Assembly (NCBI GenBank): GCA_050741255.1
Contig: JBOIEQ010000003.1
Location: 2,213-66,212, forward strand
Direction: 5' to 3'
Length of the DNA: 64,000 nt
From: Burkholderiales bacterium
GTDB taxonomy: Bacteria > Pseudomonadota > Gammaproteobacteria > Burkholderiales > SG8-41
In this document: piece by piece, positions 8,703 through 19,765 of the stretch
Layout: each line of letters starts with the position of its first letter
How positions within the stretch are numbered: the stretch's first letter is position 1
Position numbers and translations under genes: made by a program
Notes under the pieces: model-generated
Seen by the model: only the letters and a program-made list of their open reading frames with translations
What the model was told of the DNA's origin: nothing
Databases searched by the model: none

Positions 8703-9574
8703 CGCTGCAACAGCGACTGAACGCCTACGAAAAGCTGATGCGGCTGGACAAGCCTATCGGCATCCTGCTTCTGCTGTGGCCGACGCTGTGGGGGTTGTGG
8801 TTGTCGTCCTTTGGTTTTCCCAATCCCTTCGTGTTCGTGATTTTCGTGCTCGGCGTGGTGCTGATGCGCTCGGCGGGCTGCGTGATGAACGATATCGCGG
8901 ACCGCCGCTTCGACGGCCAGGTCGAACGCACGAAGGATCGCCCGCTCGCCACCGGCCTCGTGTCGGTGCCCGAGGCGCTTGCGCTGGCGGCGGCACTCGC
9001 GCTGCTCGCCTTCCTGTTGGTCTGGCAACTCAACGCGCTGACGATCAAGCTCGCGGTGGTGGCGCTCGCGCTGGCGGTGATCTATCCCTTCCTCAAGCGC
9101 TTTTTCTGGCTGCCGCAAGCCTGGCTCGGCATCGCCTTCGGTTTCGGCATTCCAATGGCCTTTGCCGCGCACCACAAGCTGGTGGTGCCCATCGCGTGGG
9201 TGATGCTCGCGGCCAACGTGTTCTGGGCCATCGCCTACGACACCGAGTACGCGATGGTGGACCGCGAGGACGACCGCAAGCTTAAGCTCAAGTCGTCGGC
9301 CATCCTGTTCGGCCGCTTCGACGTGCTGGCGGTGATGCTGTGCCACGCGGTGTTTCTCGGCCTCATGGCCTGGGTCGGCGTGTGGGCGCACCTGGGCGTG
9401 TTCTATTTCATCGGCCTCGTCGCGGCGGCGATGCTGGCGGGCTCGCAATACCTGATGATCCGCGGGCGCGAGCGCGAACAGTGCTTCAAGGCCTTCCGCA
9501 GCAACAACCTGGTCGGCGCCGTGATCTACGGCGGCCTGGTGTTCGACTTCCTGTTCCGGGTGCCCTTATTCTGA
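8699..9574 (+). CDS. ubiA: 4-hydroxybenzoate polyprenyltransferase
   Basis: Internal ATG of track ORF 8390..9574: [33 protein letters not shown]. UbiA motif NDIADRRFD. Polytopic. Confidence 0.92.
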   Translation: [291 protein letters not shown]

Positions 9575-9589
9575 TTCCCGGGGGCTGAC

Positions 9590-11053
9590 GTGGCGTATCG
9601 CGATCTGCGCGAGTTTCTCGCGCAACTGGAAGCCGCGGGCGAGTTGAAGCGCCTCGCGCCGGAGGTCGATCCGCGTCTGGAGATGACCGAGATCGCCGAC
9701 CGCGTGCTGAAGGCGGGCGGTCCCGCGCTGCTGTTCGAAAAGCCCAGGGGCCATTCCATGCCGGTGCTGGCCAATCTCTTCGGCACGCCGGAACGCGTCG
9801 CGCGCGGCATGGGCCGGGATTCCGTCGCCGCGCTGGGCGAACTGGGTCAGCTGCTGGCCGAGCTCAAGGAGCCCGTGCCGCCGCGGGGCCTGAAGGACGC
9901 GTGGGACAAGCTCCCGCTGCTGAAGCAGGTGCTGGCGATGGTGCCGAAGCGCGTGTCGTCGCCGCCATGCCAGGAAATCGTGTGGGAGGCCGCGGACGTG
10001 GATCTCGCGCGCCTGCCCATTCAGACCTGCTGGCCGGGCGACGCGGGCCCGCTCATCACCTGGGGTCTCACGGTCACCCGCGGACCGAACAAGGCGCGGC
10101 AGAACCTGGGCATCTACCGCCAGCAGGTGATTGCCCCGAACAAACTCATCATGCGCTGGCTCGCCACGCGCGGCGGTGCGCTCGACTACCGCGACCATTG
10201 CCTCGCCCACCCGCGCGAGCCGTTTCCCGTCGCGGTGGCGCTCGGCGCCGATCCTGCGACCATGCTGGGCGCCGTGACGCCGGTGCCGGACACGCTGGGC
10301 GAATACCAGTTCGCGGGTCTGCTGCGCGGCTCGCGCACCGAGACCGCGCGCTGCCTGACGCACGCCCTCGACGTGCCGGCGACCGCCGAGATCGTGCTGG
10401 AGGGCTGGATCCAGCCGGGCGAGGCCGCGCTGGAAGGGCCCTTCGGCGACCACACCGGCTACTACAACGAGCGCGAGCGCTTCCCGGTGTTTACCGTCGA
10501 GCGCATGACGATGCGGCGTGACCCGATCTATCACTCGACCTATACCGGCAAGCCGCCGGACGAGCCGGCCGTGCTGGGCGTCGCGCTGAACGAAGTGTTC
10601 GTGCCGCTGCTACGCAAGCAGTTTCCCGAGATCGTGGACTTCTACCTGCCGCCCGAGGGCTGCTCCTACCGCATCGCCTGCGTCAGCCTGAAGAAACAGT
10701 ATCCCGGGCATGCGAAGCGCGTCATGTTCGGCGTGTGGTCCTTCCTCAGGCAGTTCATGTTCACCAAGTTCATCATCGTCACCGACGACGACGTGAACGT
10801 GCGCGACTGGAAAGAGGTGATCTGGGCGCTGTCCACGCGGGTGGACCCGGAACGCGACACGCTGATCGTGCCCAATACGCCGATCGACTATCTGGATTTC
10901 GCCAGCCCGGTGTCGGGCCTGGGTTCCAAGATGGGCATCGACGCCACCAACAAGTGGCCGGCGGAAACCGCGCGCGAATGGGGCCGCACGATCGAAATGT
11001 CCGCCGAGGTCAAAGCGCGGGTGGATGCGCTGTGGCAAACGTTGGGGCTATGA
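9590..11053 (+). CDS. ubiD: UbiD-family decarboxylase (3-octaprenyl-4-hydroxybenzoate carboxy-lyase)
   Basis: 487 aa with a GTG start. The N-terminus [20 protein letters not shown]...[28 protein letters not shown], plus GIYRQQV and PFGDHTGYY, are typical UbiD sequence. Confidence 0.92.
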   Translation: MAYRDLREFLAQLEAAGELKRLAPEVDPRLEMTEIADRVLKAGGPALLFEKPRGHSMPVLANLFGTPERVARGMGRDSVAALGELGQLLAELKEPVPPRGLKDAWDKLPLLKQVLAMVPKRVSSPPCQEIVWEAADVDLARLPIQTCWPGDAGPLITWGLTVTRGPNKARQNLGIYRQQVIAPNKLIMRWLATRGGALDYRDHCLAHPREPFPVAVALGADPATMLGAVTPVPDTLGEYQFAGLLRGSRTETARCLTHALDVPATAEIVLEGWIQPGEAALEGPFGDHTGYYNERERFPVFTVERMTMRRDPIYHSTYTGKPPDEPAVLGVALNEVFVPLLRKQFPEIVDFYLPPEGCSYRIACVSLKKQYPGHAKRVMFGVWSFLRQFMFTKFIIVTDDDVNVRDWKEVIWALSTRVDPERDTLIVPNTPIDYLDFASPVSGLGSKMGIDATNKWPAETAREWGRTIEMSAEVKARVDALWQTLGL

Positions 11054-11072
11054 GCGGAGCCGAAACGCGGAC

Positions 11073-11127
11073 AAAAAAAAGCCGGGGGCGACCCGGCTGT
11101 GTTCAAGAGCGGCGCAGCTTTTTCGTT
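11073..11127. terminator. Compound terminator region: GCCGGG-GGCGA-CCCGGC hairpin with an A8 tract on its left, plus an overlapping second hairpin followed by TTTTT
   Basis: Read on the minus strand, the first hairpin is followed by T8 (complement of 11073-11080), a canonical intrinsic terminator. On the plus strand, GCTGTG(11096-11101)...CGCAGC(11113-11118) is followed by TTTTTCGTTT and could terminate ubiD. Confidence 0.65.
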
Positions 11128-11367
11128 TAGCAATTAGTGCTGGGCCTGCTGTGTTACTGCGTTGCTTTGTTGCTACGAGCTTGATCAGCTGAGATTCCGG
11201 TTCACAGGGCACAGCCCCGGTAGAGAATCGTTCGCCAATCAATCCGTTGGAATCAGATTAAAGAATTCACTTTAAGTTGTCGAGATAACTGTCCGTCTAT
11301 TTGTGCGATTTTTCGGGCAGTGTTGTAGTTCTGCAACTACAAGATAACAATCTGATTTATAAAGAAA

Positions 11368-11410
11368 TACGGCCATCTCCACAGCCTGAAGGCTGAGCGA
11401 TGGCCGCAGA
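11368..11410 (-). terminator. Intrinsic terminator of the OMP gene
   Basis: Minus strand just after the stop at 11416: CGGCCATCgctCAGCCttcaGGCTGtggaGATGGCCG, followed by TATTTCTTTAT. Confidence 0.7.
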
Positions 11411-11415
11411 CGGGA

Positions 11416-12030
11416 TCAGAATTTCCAGAGAATCTGGGCGTTGAAAAAGTCGACGTCCGTTTTCCCGGTCGTGGTGCCCGAGCCCATGTCGCCGTAGCGC
11501 TCGTATTCCCCGCGGACCGCGATGTTTTTGGTGAAGTCGTACTGGGCGCCGACGCCCAGTTTCCAGCCCATGCCCTGGTCGCGGACGTTGATCACGCCCG
11601 AGCTCGTCGAGTCGGTCGTGTAGTAGGTCGCACCGACCTTCCCGTACAGCCCGAAGTTCGTCATCACCGGCAGCTTCCCGATCACGTCCCAGTACCACAC
11701 GTCGATCTTGAGGTTGGTGAAAACGACCGTCGGTGTGGCGTTGGTGGACGTCATGCCGTACTTGCCGAGGTTCGCATAGCCGAACTCAAAGCCGAGGTTC
11801 TGGTTGAGGTCGTAGCCGAGAAACAGCTTCCAGGCCATGTCGTCGTCGTCGTTCACCGCGGTGCTGGTGGGTACGCCCAAGGCGATCGTCAGGTTGCCGG
11901 CCGTGGCATTCGGATCCACGCTGCCATGCACGTAACCGCCGCCCGCGCCGACATAGAACTGCGCGTAGGCACCGCTGGCGACCAACATCGTCGCCGCCAG
12001 AGTCATTTGAAGCCATGTCTTAACTTTCAT
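11416..12030 (-). CDS. Small outer-membrane beta-barrel protein (OmpA-like barrel / OmpW-X type)
   Basis: Start at the internal ATG (CAT 12028-12030), 6 nt after AGGAGG. Signal peptide MKVKTWLQMTLAATMLVASGAYA/QFYVGAGGGY. Alternating aromatic/Gly strands. C-terminal ...AQILWKF (terminal Phe). Confidence 0.8.
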   Translation of the reverse strand: MKVKTWLQMTLAATMLVASGAYAQFYVGAGGGYVHGSVDPNATAGNLTIALGVPTSTAVNDDDDMAWKLFLGYDLNQNLGFEFGYANLGKYGMTSTNATPTVVFTNLKIDVWYWDVIGKLPVMTNFGLYGKVGATYYTTDSTSSGVINVRDQGMGWKLGVGAQYDFTKNIAVRGEYERYGDMGSGTTTGKTDVDFFNAQILWKF

Positions 12031-12246
12031 GTGCATCCTCCTGAAACAAATAGGGGAAAATACTGCAGCTTGATCATATCTCGAAACTGCCTCAATTTTC
12101 ACCTACAAGCACATGAATTTATTGAAAAGATTGTTTACCTGTGTTGTAAAGTCACAACGCCCACCATTAATTAGTGATTAAAAACAGTCACTTGACTTAT
12201 AGCCCGAAAAATACGGGATGACCCGGGAGACGACCCCCGTACGGGA

Positions 12247-13665
12247 TCAGCGGCTGTAAACCCAGGCCAGCAGGGCGTCCTGCAGGGGTTGCGCAGCGAG
12301 CGCGCGCGGATGATTCACCAGACAGACGACGACGACCGTGCGGCCGCGTGCATCGAGGACGTAGCCCGCAATCGCGCGCACGCCCGTCAGCGAACCCGTC
12401 TTGATATGGGCCTGGCCCGCGAGTTCGGAGTTGGCGAGCCGGCGCCGCATCGTGCCGTCCACCGCCACCAGCGGCAGCGATGACATCAGCTCCGACATCA
12501 CCGGGCTGCGCCACGCCGACAGCAGCAACTGGCCGAGACCGCGCGCGGTGATGCGCTCGATACGCGACAGTCCGGAGCCGTTTTCGAGCACGAGTTCCGG
12601 CAGCGCGAGTTTTTTCTGCGCGGCCCAGGCCCGCACCACGCGCGTGGCCTTGTCGGCGTCGCCCGGCGCGCCCAGGCCTACGGTGCCCAGCGTGAGGAAC
12701 AACTGGCGCGCCATCACGTTGTTGCTGAACTTGTTGATGTCGCGCACCACTTCCGCGAGCGGCGGCGAGGGCTGCGCAAACAGCGGCTTCGCTCCCGGCG
12801 GCACCGCGCCGTCGCGCGCGCCTCCGGTGAAGGTGCCGCCCAGTTCACGCCACAGCGTCTGGAACAGTCCCAGCAGGTACTGGCTGTGAGCGAGCACGCT
12901 GTAATTGCGTGTCCGCTCGCCGCACTGCGTGCTGTAGGCGCCGCTGAACAGCAGGCGGGCCGCGTTGCCGGTGCCCGTCGCGGCGACCTTCAGGCGTGCC
13001 AGCCAGTCACCGCAGGGTTCGTTGTCGAGCACGAGGTTGGCAAGCACCTGCACCTGCGGCAGGGCGGGCTCGGTGAGCACGCTCACTGTCCGGCGCTCAG
13101 GGTCCGGTACAAAACTCACGCGGATCGCACGGAAATTGACGAGTAGCGCATCCGGAGGCGTGTTGTAGGGCCGCGTCGGTTCGTTGTCGAAGCGCGACGG
13201 ATCGCTGTCATCGGCCGCGAAAGCCGTGCGGTCCAGTACCAGGTCGCCGCGGATCTCGCGGATGCCGCGCGCCCGCACCTGCCGCAGCAGGAGCCAGAAG
13301 GCCTCCAGCGTGAGCTTGGGATCGCCGCTGCCGCGCAGCACCAGATCGCCGTTCAGCACGTCGCCTTCGAGCCGGCCGGTCGTCAGGACTTCCGTGTTCC
13401 AGGCATAGGCCGGGCCCAGCAGATCGAGCGCGGCGTAGGTGGTCAGCAGCTTGATGGTGGAGGCCGGATTGAACGCGGCATCGACGTTCAGCGCCAGCAG
13501 CGGGTCCGCCTGCGCCACGTCCTGCACGTAGATCGCGACGGCGGATTCCGGGATGCCGCTCTGTACCAGCGCCTGGCGAACGGGCGGCGGCAGCGCCTGC
13601 GCCGCCGCGTGCGCGCAGGCCACAGCGCAGGCGAGGGTCAGCAACCGGCTAAGCAGCGAGCGCAT
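12247..13665 (-). CDS. dacB: D-alanyl-D-alanine carboxypeptidase/endopeptidase (PBP4, S13 family)
   Basis: 472 aa. Signal peptide; SxxK (NPASTIKLLT), SNN (KFSNNVMARQ) and KTG (HIKTGSLTG) boxes. Confidence 0.88.
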   Translation of the reverse strand: MRSLLSRLLTLACAVACAHAAAQALPPPVRQALVQSGIPESAVAIYVQDVAQADPLLALNVDAAFNPASTIKLLTTYAALDLLGPAYAWNTEVLTTGRLEGDVLNGDLVLRGSGDPKLTLEAFWLLLRQVRARGIREIRGDLVLDRTAFAADDSDPSRFDNEPTRPYNTPPDALLVNFRAIRVSFVPDPERRTVSVLTEPALPQVQVLANLVLDNEPCGDWLARLKVAATGTGNAARLLFSGAYSTQCGERTRNYSVLAHSQYLLGLFQTLWRELGGTFTGGARDGAVPPGAKPLFAQPSPPLAEVVRDINKFSNNVMARQLFLTLGTVGLGAPGDADKATRVVRAWAAQKKLALPELVLENGSGLSRIERITARGLGQLLLSAWRSPVMSELMSSLPLVAVDGTMRRRLANSELAGQAHIKTGSLTGVRAIAGYVLDARGRTVVVVCLVNHPRALAAQPLQDALLAWVYSR

Positions 13666-15022
13666 CGAGCGTCTTCACGGTGCGCGCGACCAGCAGCGCG
13701 TACTCGTCGTCGGTGATGATGTAGGGAGGAATGAAGTACACCGTGTTGCCGATCGGCCGCAGCAGCACCTCGCGCTCGAGCGCCGCCGCGAAGAAGCGCC
13801 GCGCGAAGGCCGGGTCCGCAGCGGCCACCTCGAAGGCGCGGAGCGTGCCGAGCTGGCGGAAGTTGCGCACGCGGGGATGCGCCATCAGCGGCGCCGTGAG
13901 CGCGGTCAGTCGCGGTTCGCGGGCGTGGTTGGCAGCGAGTACGTCGTCCGCCGCGAAGATGTCGAGCGTGGCAAGCGCCGCGCGGCAGGCGAGCGCGTTG
14001 CCGGTATAGGAGTGCGAATGCAGGAAGCCACGCGCGGTGGCATCGTCGTAGAACGCCGCGTAGACGGTATCGCTGGTCAGCACCGCCGACAGCGGGAGGT
14101 AACCACCGGAGATCCCCTTCGACAGGCACAGGAAGTCGGGCCGGATGCCGGCGTGCTCGTGCGCGAAGAAAGGGCCGGTGCGCCCGCAGCCGACGGCGAT
14201 CTCGTCGGCGATCAGGTGTACCCCGTAGCGGTCGCACAGTGCGCGCGCGCGGCGCAGGTACTCCGCGTCGTACATCACGAAGCCGGCGGCGCACTGGACC
14301 ATCGGTTCCACGATGAGCGCCGCGGTGGTGGCGTGGTGTTGTTCCAGGTGCGCTTCCAGCGCTTGCGCGCAGCGGATCGCCACCTCGCGGGCGGACTCGC
14401 CGGGCCTGGCCAGGCGGGCATCGGGCGCGGGAACCTGATGGCTCGCGCGCAGCAGCGGCGCATAGGCGTCCTTGAACAGGGCCACGTCGGTCACCGACAG
14501 CGCCCCCAGGGTTTCGCCGTGATAACCGCCGACGAGACTGACGAAACCGGCCTTGTCCGACTGTCCGGCGTTGCGCCAGTAATGGAAGCTCATCTTGAGC
14601 GCGATCTCGGTCGCGGAGGCGCCGTCGCTCGCATAGAAGCAGTGGCCGAGCGCGCCGCCGGTCAGGGCCGACAGCCGCTCGGCGAGCGCCACCGCCGGTT
14701 CGTGCGTGAAGCCGGCGAGCATTGCGTGCTCCAGCGTGTCGAGCTGGTCGATCAGCGCCGCGTTGATGCGCGGGTTGCAGTGGCCGAACAGGTTTACCCA
14801 CCACGAACTGATCGCGTCGAGCACCCGATGACCCGCGTCGTCGTACAGCCAGACGCCGGCCGCGCGTGCCACCGGAACGAGCGGCAGTTGCTCGTGGTGC
14901 TTCATTTGCGTGCACGGATGCCACACCGCCGCAAGGCTGCGCGTTAGCAGCGAAGCCTCGTGAGTGCCAGCAGCAGGGGAGGGTGTTGCGGGAACGAGAC
15001 GCGGCATCTTTACTTCATGCAC
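13649..15022 (-). CDS. bioA: Adenosylmethionine-8-amino-7-oxononanoate aminotransferase
   Basis: Class-III PLP aminotransferase. WHPCTQMK, WWVNLFGHCNP, and PLP-lysine context FLCLSKGISGGYLPLSAV. Start is either 15022 or 15007. The 3' end overlaps the dacB start by 17 nt. Confidence 0.88.
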   Translation of the reverse strand: MHEVKMPRLVPATPSPAAGTHEASLLTRSLAAVWHPCTQMKHHEQLPLVPVARAAGVWLYDDAGHRVLDAISSWWVNLFGHCNPRINAALIDQLDTLEHAMLAGFTHEPAVALAERLSALTGGALGHCFYASDGASATEIALKMSFHYWRNAGQSDKAGFVSLVGGYHGETLGALSVTDVALFKDAYAPLLRASHQVPAPDARLARPGESAREVAIRCAQALEAHLEQHHATTAALIVEPMVQCAAGFVMYDAEYLRRARALCDRYGVHLIADEIAVGCGRTGPFFAHEHAGIRPDFLCLSKGISGGYLPLSAVLTSDTVYAAFYDDATARGFLHSHSYTGNALACRAALATLDIFAADDVLAANHAREPRLTALTAPLMAHPRVRNFRQLGTLRAFEVAAADPAFARRFFAAALEREVLLRPIGNTVYFIPPYIITDDEYALLVARTVKTLDALAA

Positions 15023-15238
15023 GGGTTATGCAAAATTTTGCGTGTCGTCACGCTGAAAGGAGAGCGCTTTCAATCCGGACATCCCCGATCATCCGATCGC
15101 CGCGTGCTTGAACCGCAATCGAGTTCTTCGCCGTCAACGTTCTGTGCTGCCTGCCGTTGCTTCAGGGACGGCACAGAAAATTTGGCACCGTTTTTGCTCT
15201 GATTGAGTGTAACGCATCGCCGAGAAAGGACGCTCGCC

Positions 15239-15886
15239 ATGCCCGTGCAACTGCTTGATCGCATCGAAGATCAACTGGCCGCCACCAAGCTCCCGCTCGT
15301 CGCCATCACCGTGGCCGCCGTTCCCTGTCCTGATACCCCCGTCATCCTCACGCTGCATTGGCACGGCTTCATCAAGGAGAAGCTCGCCGACGTGGAGCAC
15401 GCCGAGCCCGTCGCCTACACCCCCATCCCGAGTTCCGCCCTGCAGGTGAACGAGCGCTGGAGCGACCTGGTAGCGCTTGACCGGGCGGCGCTTGATGCGG
15501 CGTGGGAACTCGGCGCCTGGGATGTGGCGCGGGCCGAGCGGCCCGGCTGCATGCGGCCCGGCGCCGATGCCCGCGAAACGCTCGAGTGCCTGCAGGCCTT
15601 CGGTGCCTTTCCGTACGGCATCAACGGCAACCAGGCGGTGGTCGCGGATGCGCCCGACGCCGAGGACCTGCTGGAACTGGCCTCGCGCCGCGGCTACCTG
15701 ATGTGGCTGTTCCGGCCGGTACGTGGCGGCATCTGGGGAGAAGTCGCCGATGACGTGACCCTGTCGGATGACGGCGGCCGCCCCGCGCCCTGCCCACATC
15801 GTCCGATCGCGCCGACCTGCGATGGCGTACGCAAGACTCTTTATCGTTTTGGCGTGTCCGGATCCGGCAGCCTGATCGAGCACTGA
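15239..15886 (+). CDS. Conserved hypothetical protein
   Basis: Coding-like composition. ATG at 15239 is preceded by AAAGGA (the track start at 15203 is TTG). No motif recognised. Confidence 0.5.
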   Translation: MPVQLLDRIEDQLAATKLPLVAITVAAVPCPDTPVILTLHWHGFIKEKLADVEHAEPVAYTPIPSSALQVNERWSDLVALDRAALDAAWELGAWDVARAERPGCMRPGADARETLECLQAFGAFPYGINGNQAVVADAPDAEDLLELASRRGYLMWLFRPVRGGIWGEVADDVTLSDDGGRPAPCPHRPIAPTCDGVRKTLYRFGVSGSGSLIEH

Positions 15887-15915
15887 TCCCCCTGCCCGGA
15901 TAGCGGTTTCCACAC

Positions 15916-15953
15916 AATAACGCCATGTGAGCGCTAGCTCACATGGCGTTATT
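15916..15953. terminator. Perfect 17-bp stem / 4-nt loop hairpin (AATAACGCCATGTGAGC-GCTA-GCTCACATGGCGTTATT)
   Basis: Read directly from the sequence, 30 nt after the stop of the 15239..15886 gene. There is no clear T-tract, so it could be a terminator, an insulator or a protein-binding palindrome. Confidence 0.5.
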
Positions 15954-15960
15954 CGTTCAT

Positions 15961-15992
15961 TCCCTTGAATTTCAGACCCAAGCCCCCTATTA
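15961..15992 (+). promoter_or_regulatory. sigma32 (RpoH)-type heat-shock promoter of groESL
   Basis: CCCTTGAA (-35, 15962-15969), a 13-14 nt spacer, then CCCCCTATTA (-10 region, 15983-15992). Compare the consensus CCCTTGAA-N13-15-CCCCATNTA. Confidence 0.6.
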
Positions 15993-16019
15993 TTAGCACT
16001 CGATTGCGGTGAGTGCCAA
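15993..16019 (+). promoter_or_regulatory. CIRCE operator (HrcA binding site)
   Basis: TTAGCACTC-GATTGCGGT-GAGTGCCAA. One mismatch to the consensus TTAGCACTC-N9-GAGTGCTAA. Confidence 0.85.
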
Positions 16020-16182
16020 GCCCGAACTCCGGTTCGGGACGCCCCGGAATCGGGGGCCTAGGATTTGACGCAGCAGTCGCAGCATCCGCGTTGATACCCG
16101 GCTCCTCCGGCAGCGGCACTCCCCGGTCCGCCCGGTTTTCATCCAGTCAGTCATTCGTCAACCAGTTCTGAGGAGACAGTCC

Positions 16183-18158
<1,976 letters not shown>

Positions 18159-18253
18159 CTCGCGCAGCGAGTTGCATATCCCGAGGATACGGAACAGGGG
18201 GAACAGCAGGTTTCCCCCGCTTTTCTCCTGACCCCTTCCTCTGGAATGAAAAA

Positions 18254-18281
18254 AGCCCCGCTACGGCGGGGCTTTTTTTTG
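18254..18281 (+). terminator. Intrinsic terminator after groEL
   Basis: AGCCCCGC-tacg-GCGGGGCT followed by T8. An additional hairpin, GGGGGAA...TTCCCCC, lies at about 18197-18219. Confidence 0.85.
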
Positions 18282-18322
18282 TGCGTGCGACTCACGTTAG
18301 AATCGGACCGAAGGGGAGCATC

Positions 18323-18637
18323 ATGCCGCTTGAATTTCAAATCGCGTCCGCGCTGCTGGTGCTGATCCAGGTCGCGCTGTACTTCCTGCTCGGGCAGGGC
18401 GTCCTGTACGTGATCGCCGGGGCTCAGCGCGAGAAGAACTGGTTCTACCAGCTGCTGAAAAAGGGCACCGCCTGGCTGGTGCGGGGCACGCGTCGGATCA
18501 CGCCGAAAATCGTGCTGGACCGGCACGTGCCCTTTTTGACGTTCCTGCTGCTCATCATCGCCGGGTTGGCCGTCATTCACTGGCAGCGCACCATCTGCCT
18601 CGCGCACCAGCTCGCGTGCCCGGGGCTCACGGCTTGA
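18323..18637 (+). CDS. Small hypothetical membrane protein
   Basis: Internal ATG after AGGGGAG. Two hydrophobic segments (IASALLVLIQVALYFLLGQGVLYVI; FLTFLLLIIAGLAVI). Confidence 0.45.
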   Translation: MPLEFQIASALLVLIQVALYFLLGQGVLYVIAGAQREKNWFYQLLKKGTAWLVRGTRRITPKIVLDRHVPFLTFLLLIIAGLAVIHWQRTICLAHQLACPGLTA

Positions 18638-18734
18638 CGGGTCGGGGCGTTCCCCTTACATTCCGGCCTTCGTTTTTCCGGCCCTGCGGCCAGATCCGCG
18701 CGCCGCAGCAGGTTTGAGCAGTCGTAGTTCGAGT

Positions 18735-18810
18735 GGCCAGGTAGCTCAGTTGGTAGAGCAGCGGATTGAAAATCCGCGTGTCGACGGTTCGATTCCGCCC
18801 CTGGCCACCA
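18735..18810 (+). tRNA. tRNA-Phe (anticodon GAA)
   Basis: 76 nt: GGCCAGGTAGCTCAGTTGGTAGAGCAGCGGATTGAAAATCCGCGTGTCGACGGTTCGATTCCGCCCCTGGCCACCA. Acceptor stem GGCCAGG/CCTGGCC, anticodon loop TTGAAAA, T-loop GGTTCGATTCC, encoded CCA. Confidence 0.95.
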
Positions 18811-18832
18811 TTCTTTCCCTTCAGTCCGGCGT

Positions 18833-19765
18833 TCAGTGCGACTTCAGGATCTCGAAGGCCTTCTGCAGAGCGCCTTCGATGCGCGCTTTTTCCTTCGCGA
18901 TCTTCTCGTCGGTCCATTCCCACAGTCCGCGCTTCGCCTTCATGCCGATGTGGCCCTTGGCCACCATGTCGCCCAGGAACTGCGGCGGCTTCTTCTCGGT
19001 ATGCAGGCTCGGATAGAGTGAATTGCCGGCGTAGAAGTTGGTATCCCAGCCCGACAGTTCCTTCTGCATCATCGGCCCGCAGGCGATGAACCGGAAGCCG
19101 AACCCGTAACGCACCGCCTTGTCGATGCCTTCGGCCGTGGTCACGCCATCGTTGATGAGATACAGCGCTTCGCGCACCAGGGCATGCTGCAGCCGGTTGC
19201 CGACGAAACCGGGGACGTCCTTGTTTACGCGGATCGGCGTCTTGCCGAGTTCGTTCGACCACGCCTCGAGTTGATCGCAAACCCTGGTATCGGTGAACTC
19301 CGCCTTGATCACTTCGACCAGCGGCACGAGGTGCGCAGGCATGAAGTAATGCAGGCCGGCGACCCGCGCACGCGTGTTCAGGTGCTGGCCGATGTCGCCG
19401 ATCGGGAAGGTGGAGGTATTGGTCGCGAGGATGGTGTCCGGTTTGCCGAGCGCTTCGAACTGGGAGAACAGCTTGCGCTTGAGCTCGAGGTCCTCGGTCG
19501 CGCATTCGACGACGAGCGCGAGCGCCTTCCACGGGAGTGCCTCGACCGTTGCGTGCAGCTGCACGGCCTTCGCTGTGCCCGCGTCGGCGCCGAGCTTCTT
19601 CACCGCGGATTCAAGCCGCGCCGGGAGGGCGTCGCGCGTTTTCTGCGACGGGCTCATGACGTGCACCCGCCAGCCGCCGGCGGCGAAGATGCTCGCGATA
19701 TCGCCGCCCATGATGCCGCCACCGATGACCGCCATCGCCTTGCCTCGACCCGCTTGCTGCGCCAT
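18833..19765 (-). CDS. 3-hydroxyacyl-CoA dehydrogenase family protein
   Basis: 310 aa. Rossmann motif AVIGGGIMGGDIA; ATNTSTFPI; PGFVGNRL. Confidence 0.85.
   Translation of the reverse strand: MAQQAGRGKAMAVIGGGIMGGDIASIFAAGGWRVHVMSPSQKTRDALPARLESAVKKLGADAGTAKAVQLHATVEALPWKALALVVECATEDLELKRKLFSQFEALGKPDTILATNTSTFPIGDIGQHLNTRARVAGLHYFMPAHLVPLVEVIKAEFTDTRVCDQLEAWSNELGKTPIRVNKDVPGFVGNRLQHALVREALYLINDGVTTAEGIDKAVRYGFGFRFIACGPMMQKELSGWDTNFYAGNSLYPSLHTEKKPPQFLGDMVAKGHIGMKAKRGLWEWTDEKIAKEKARIEGALQKAFEILKSH

Noticed and set aside
15916-15953. The TGTGAGC...GCTCACA palindrome as a LacI-type operator
   Set aside because: The half-sites resemble the symmetric lac operator, but they are separated by 4 extra bp and embedded in a 17-bp perfect stem. 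A structural hairpin is the simpler reading, and there is no adjacent LacI-family gene.
18735-18832. tRNA-Phe as an integration site for a genomic island
   Set aside because: I found no integrase, no direct repeat of the tRNA 3' end, and no compositional break. The flanking genes are ordinary metabolic genes.
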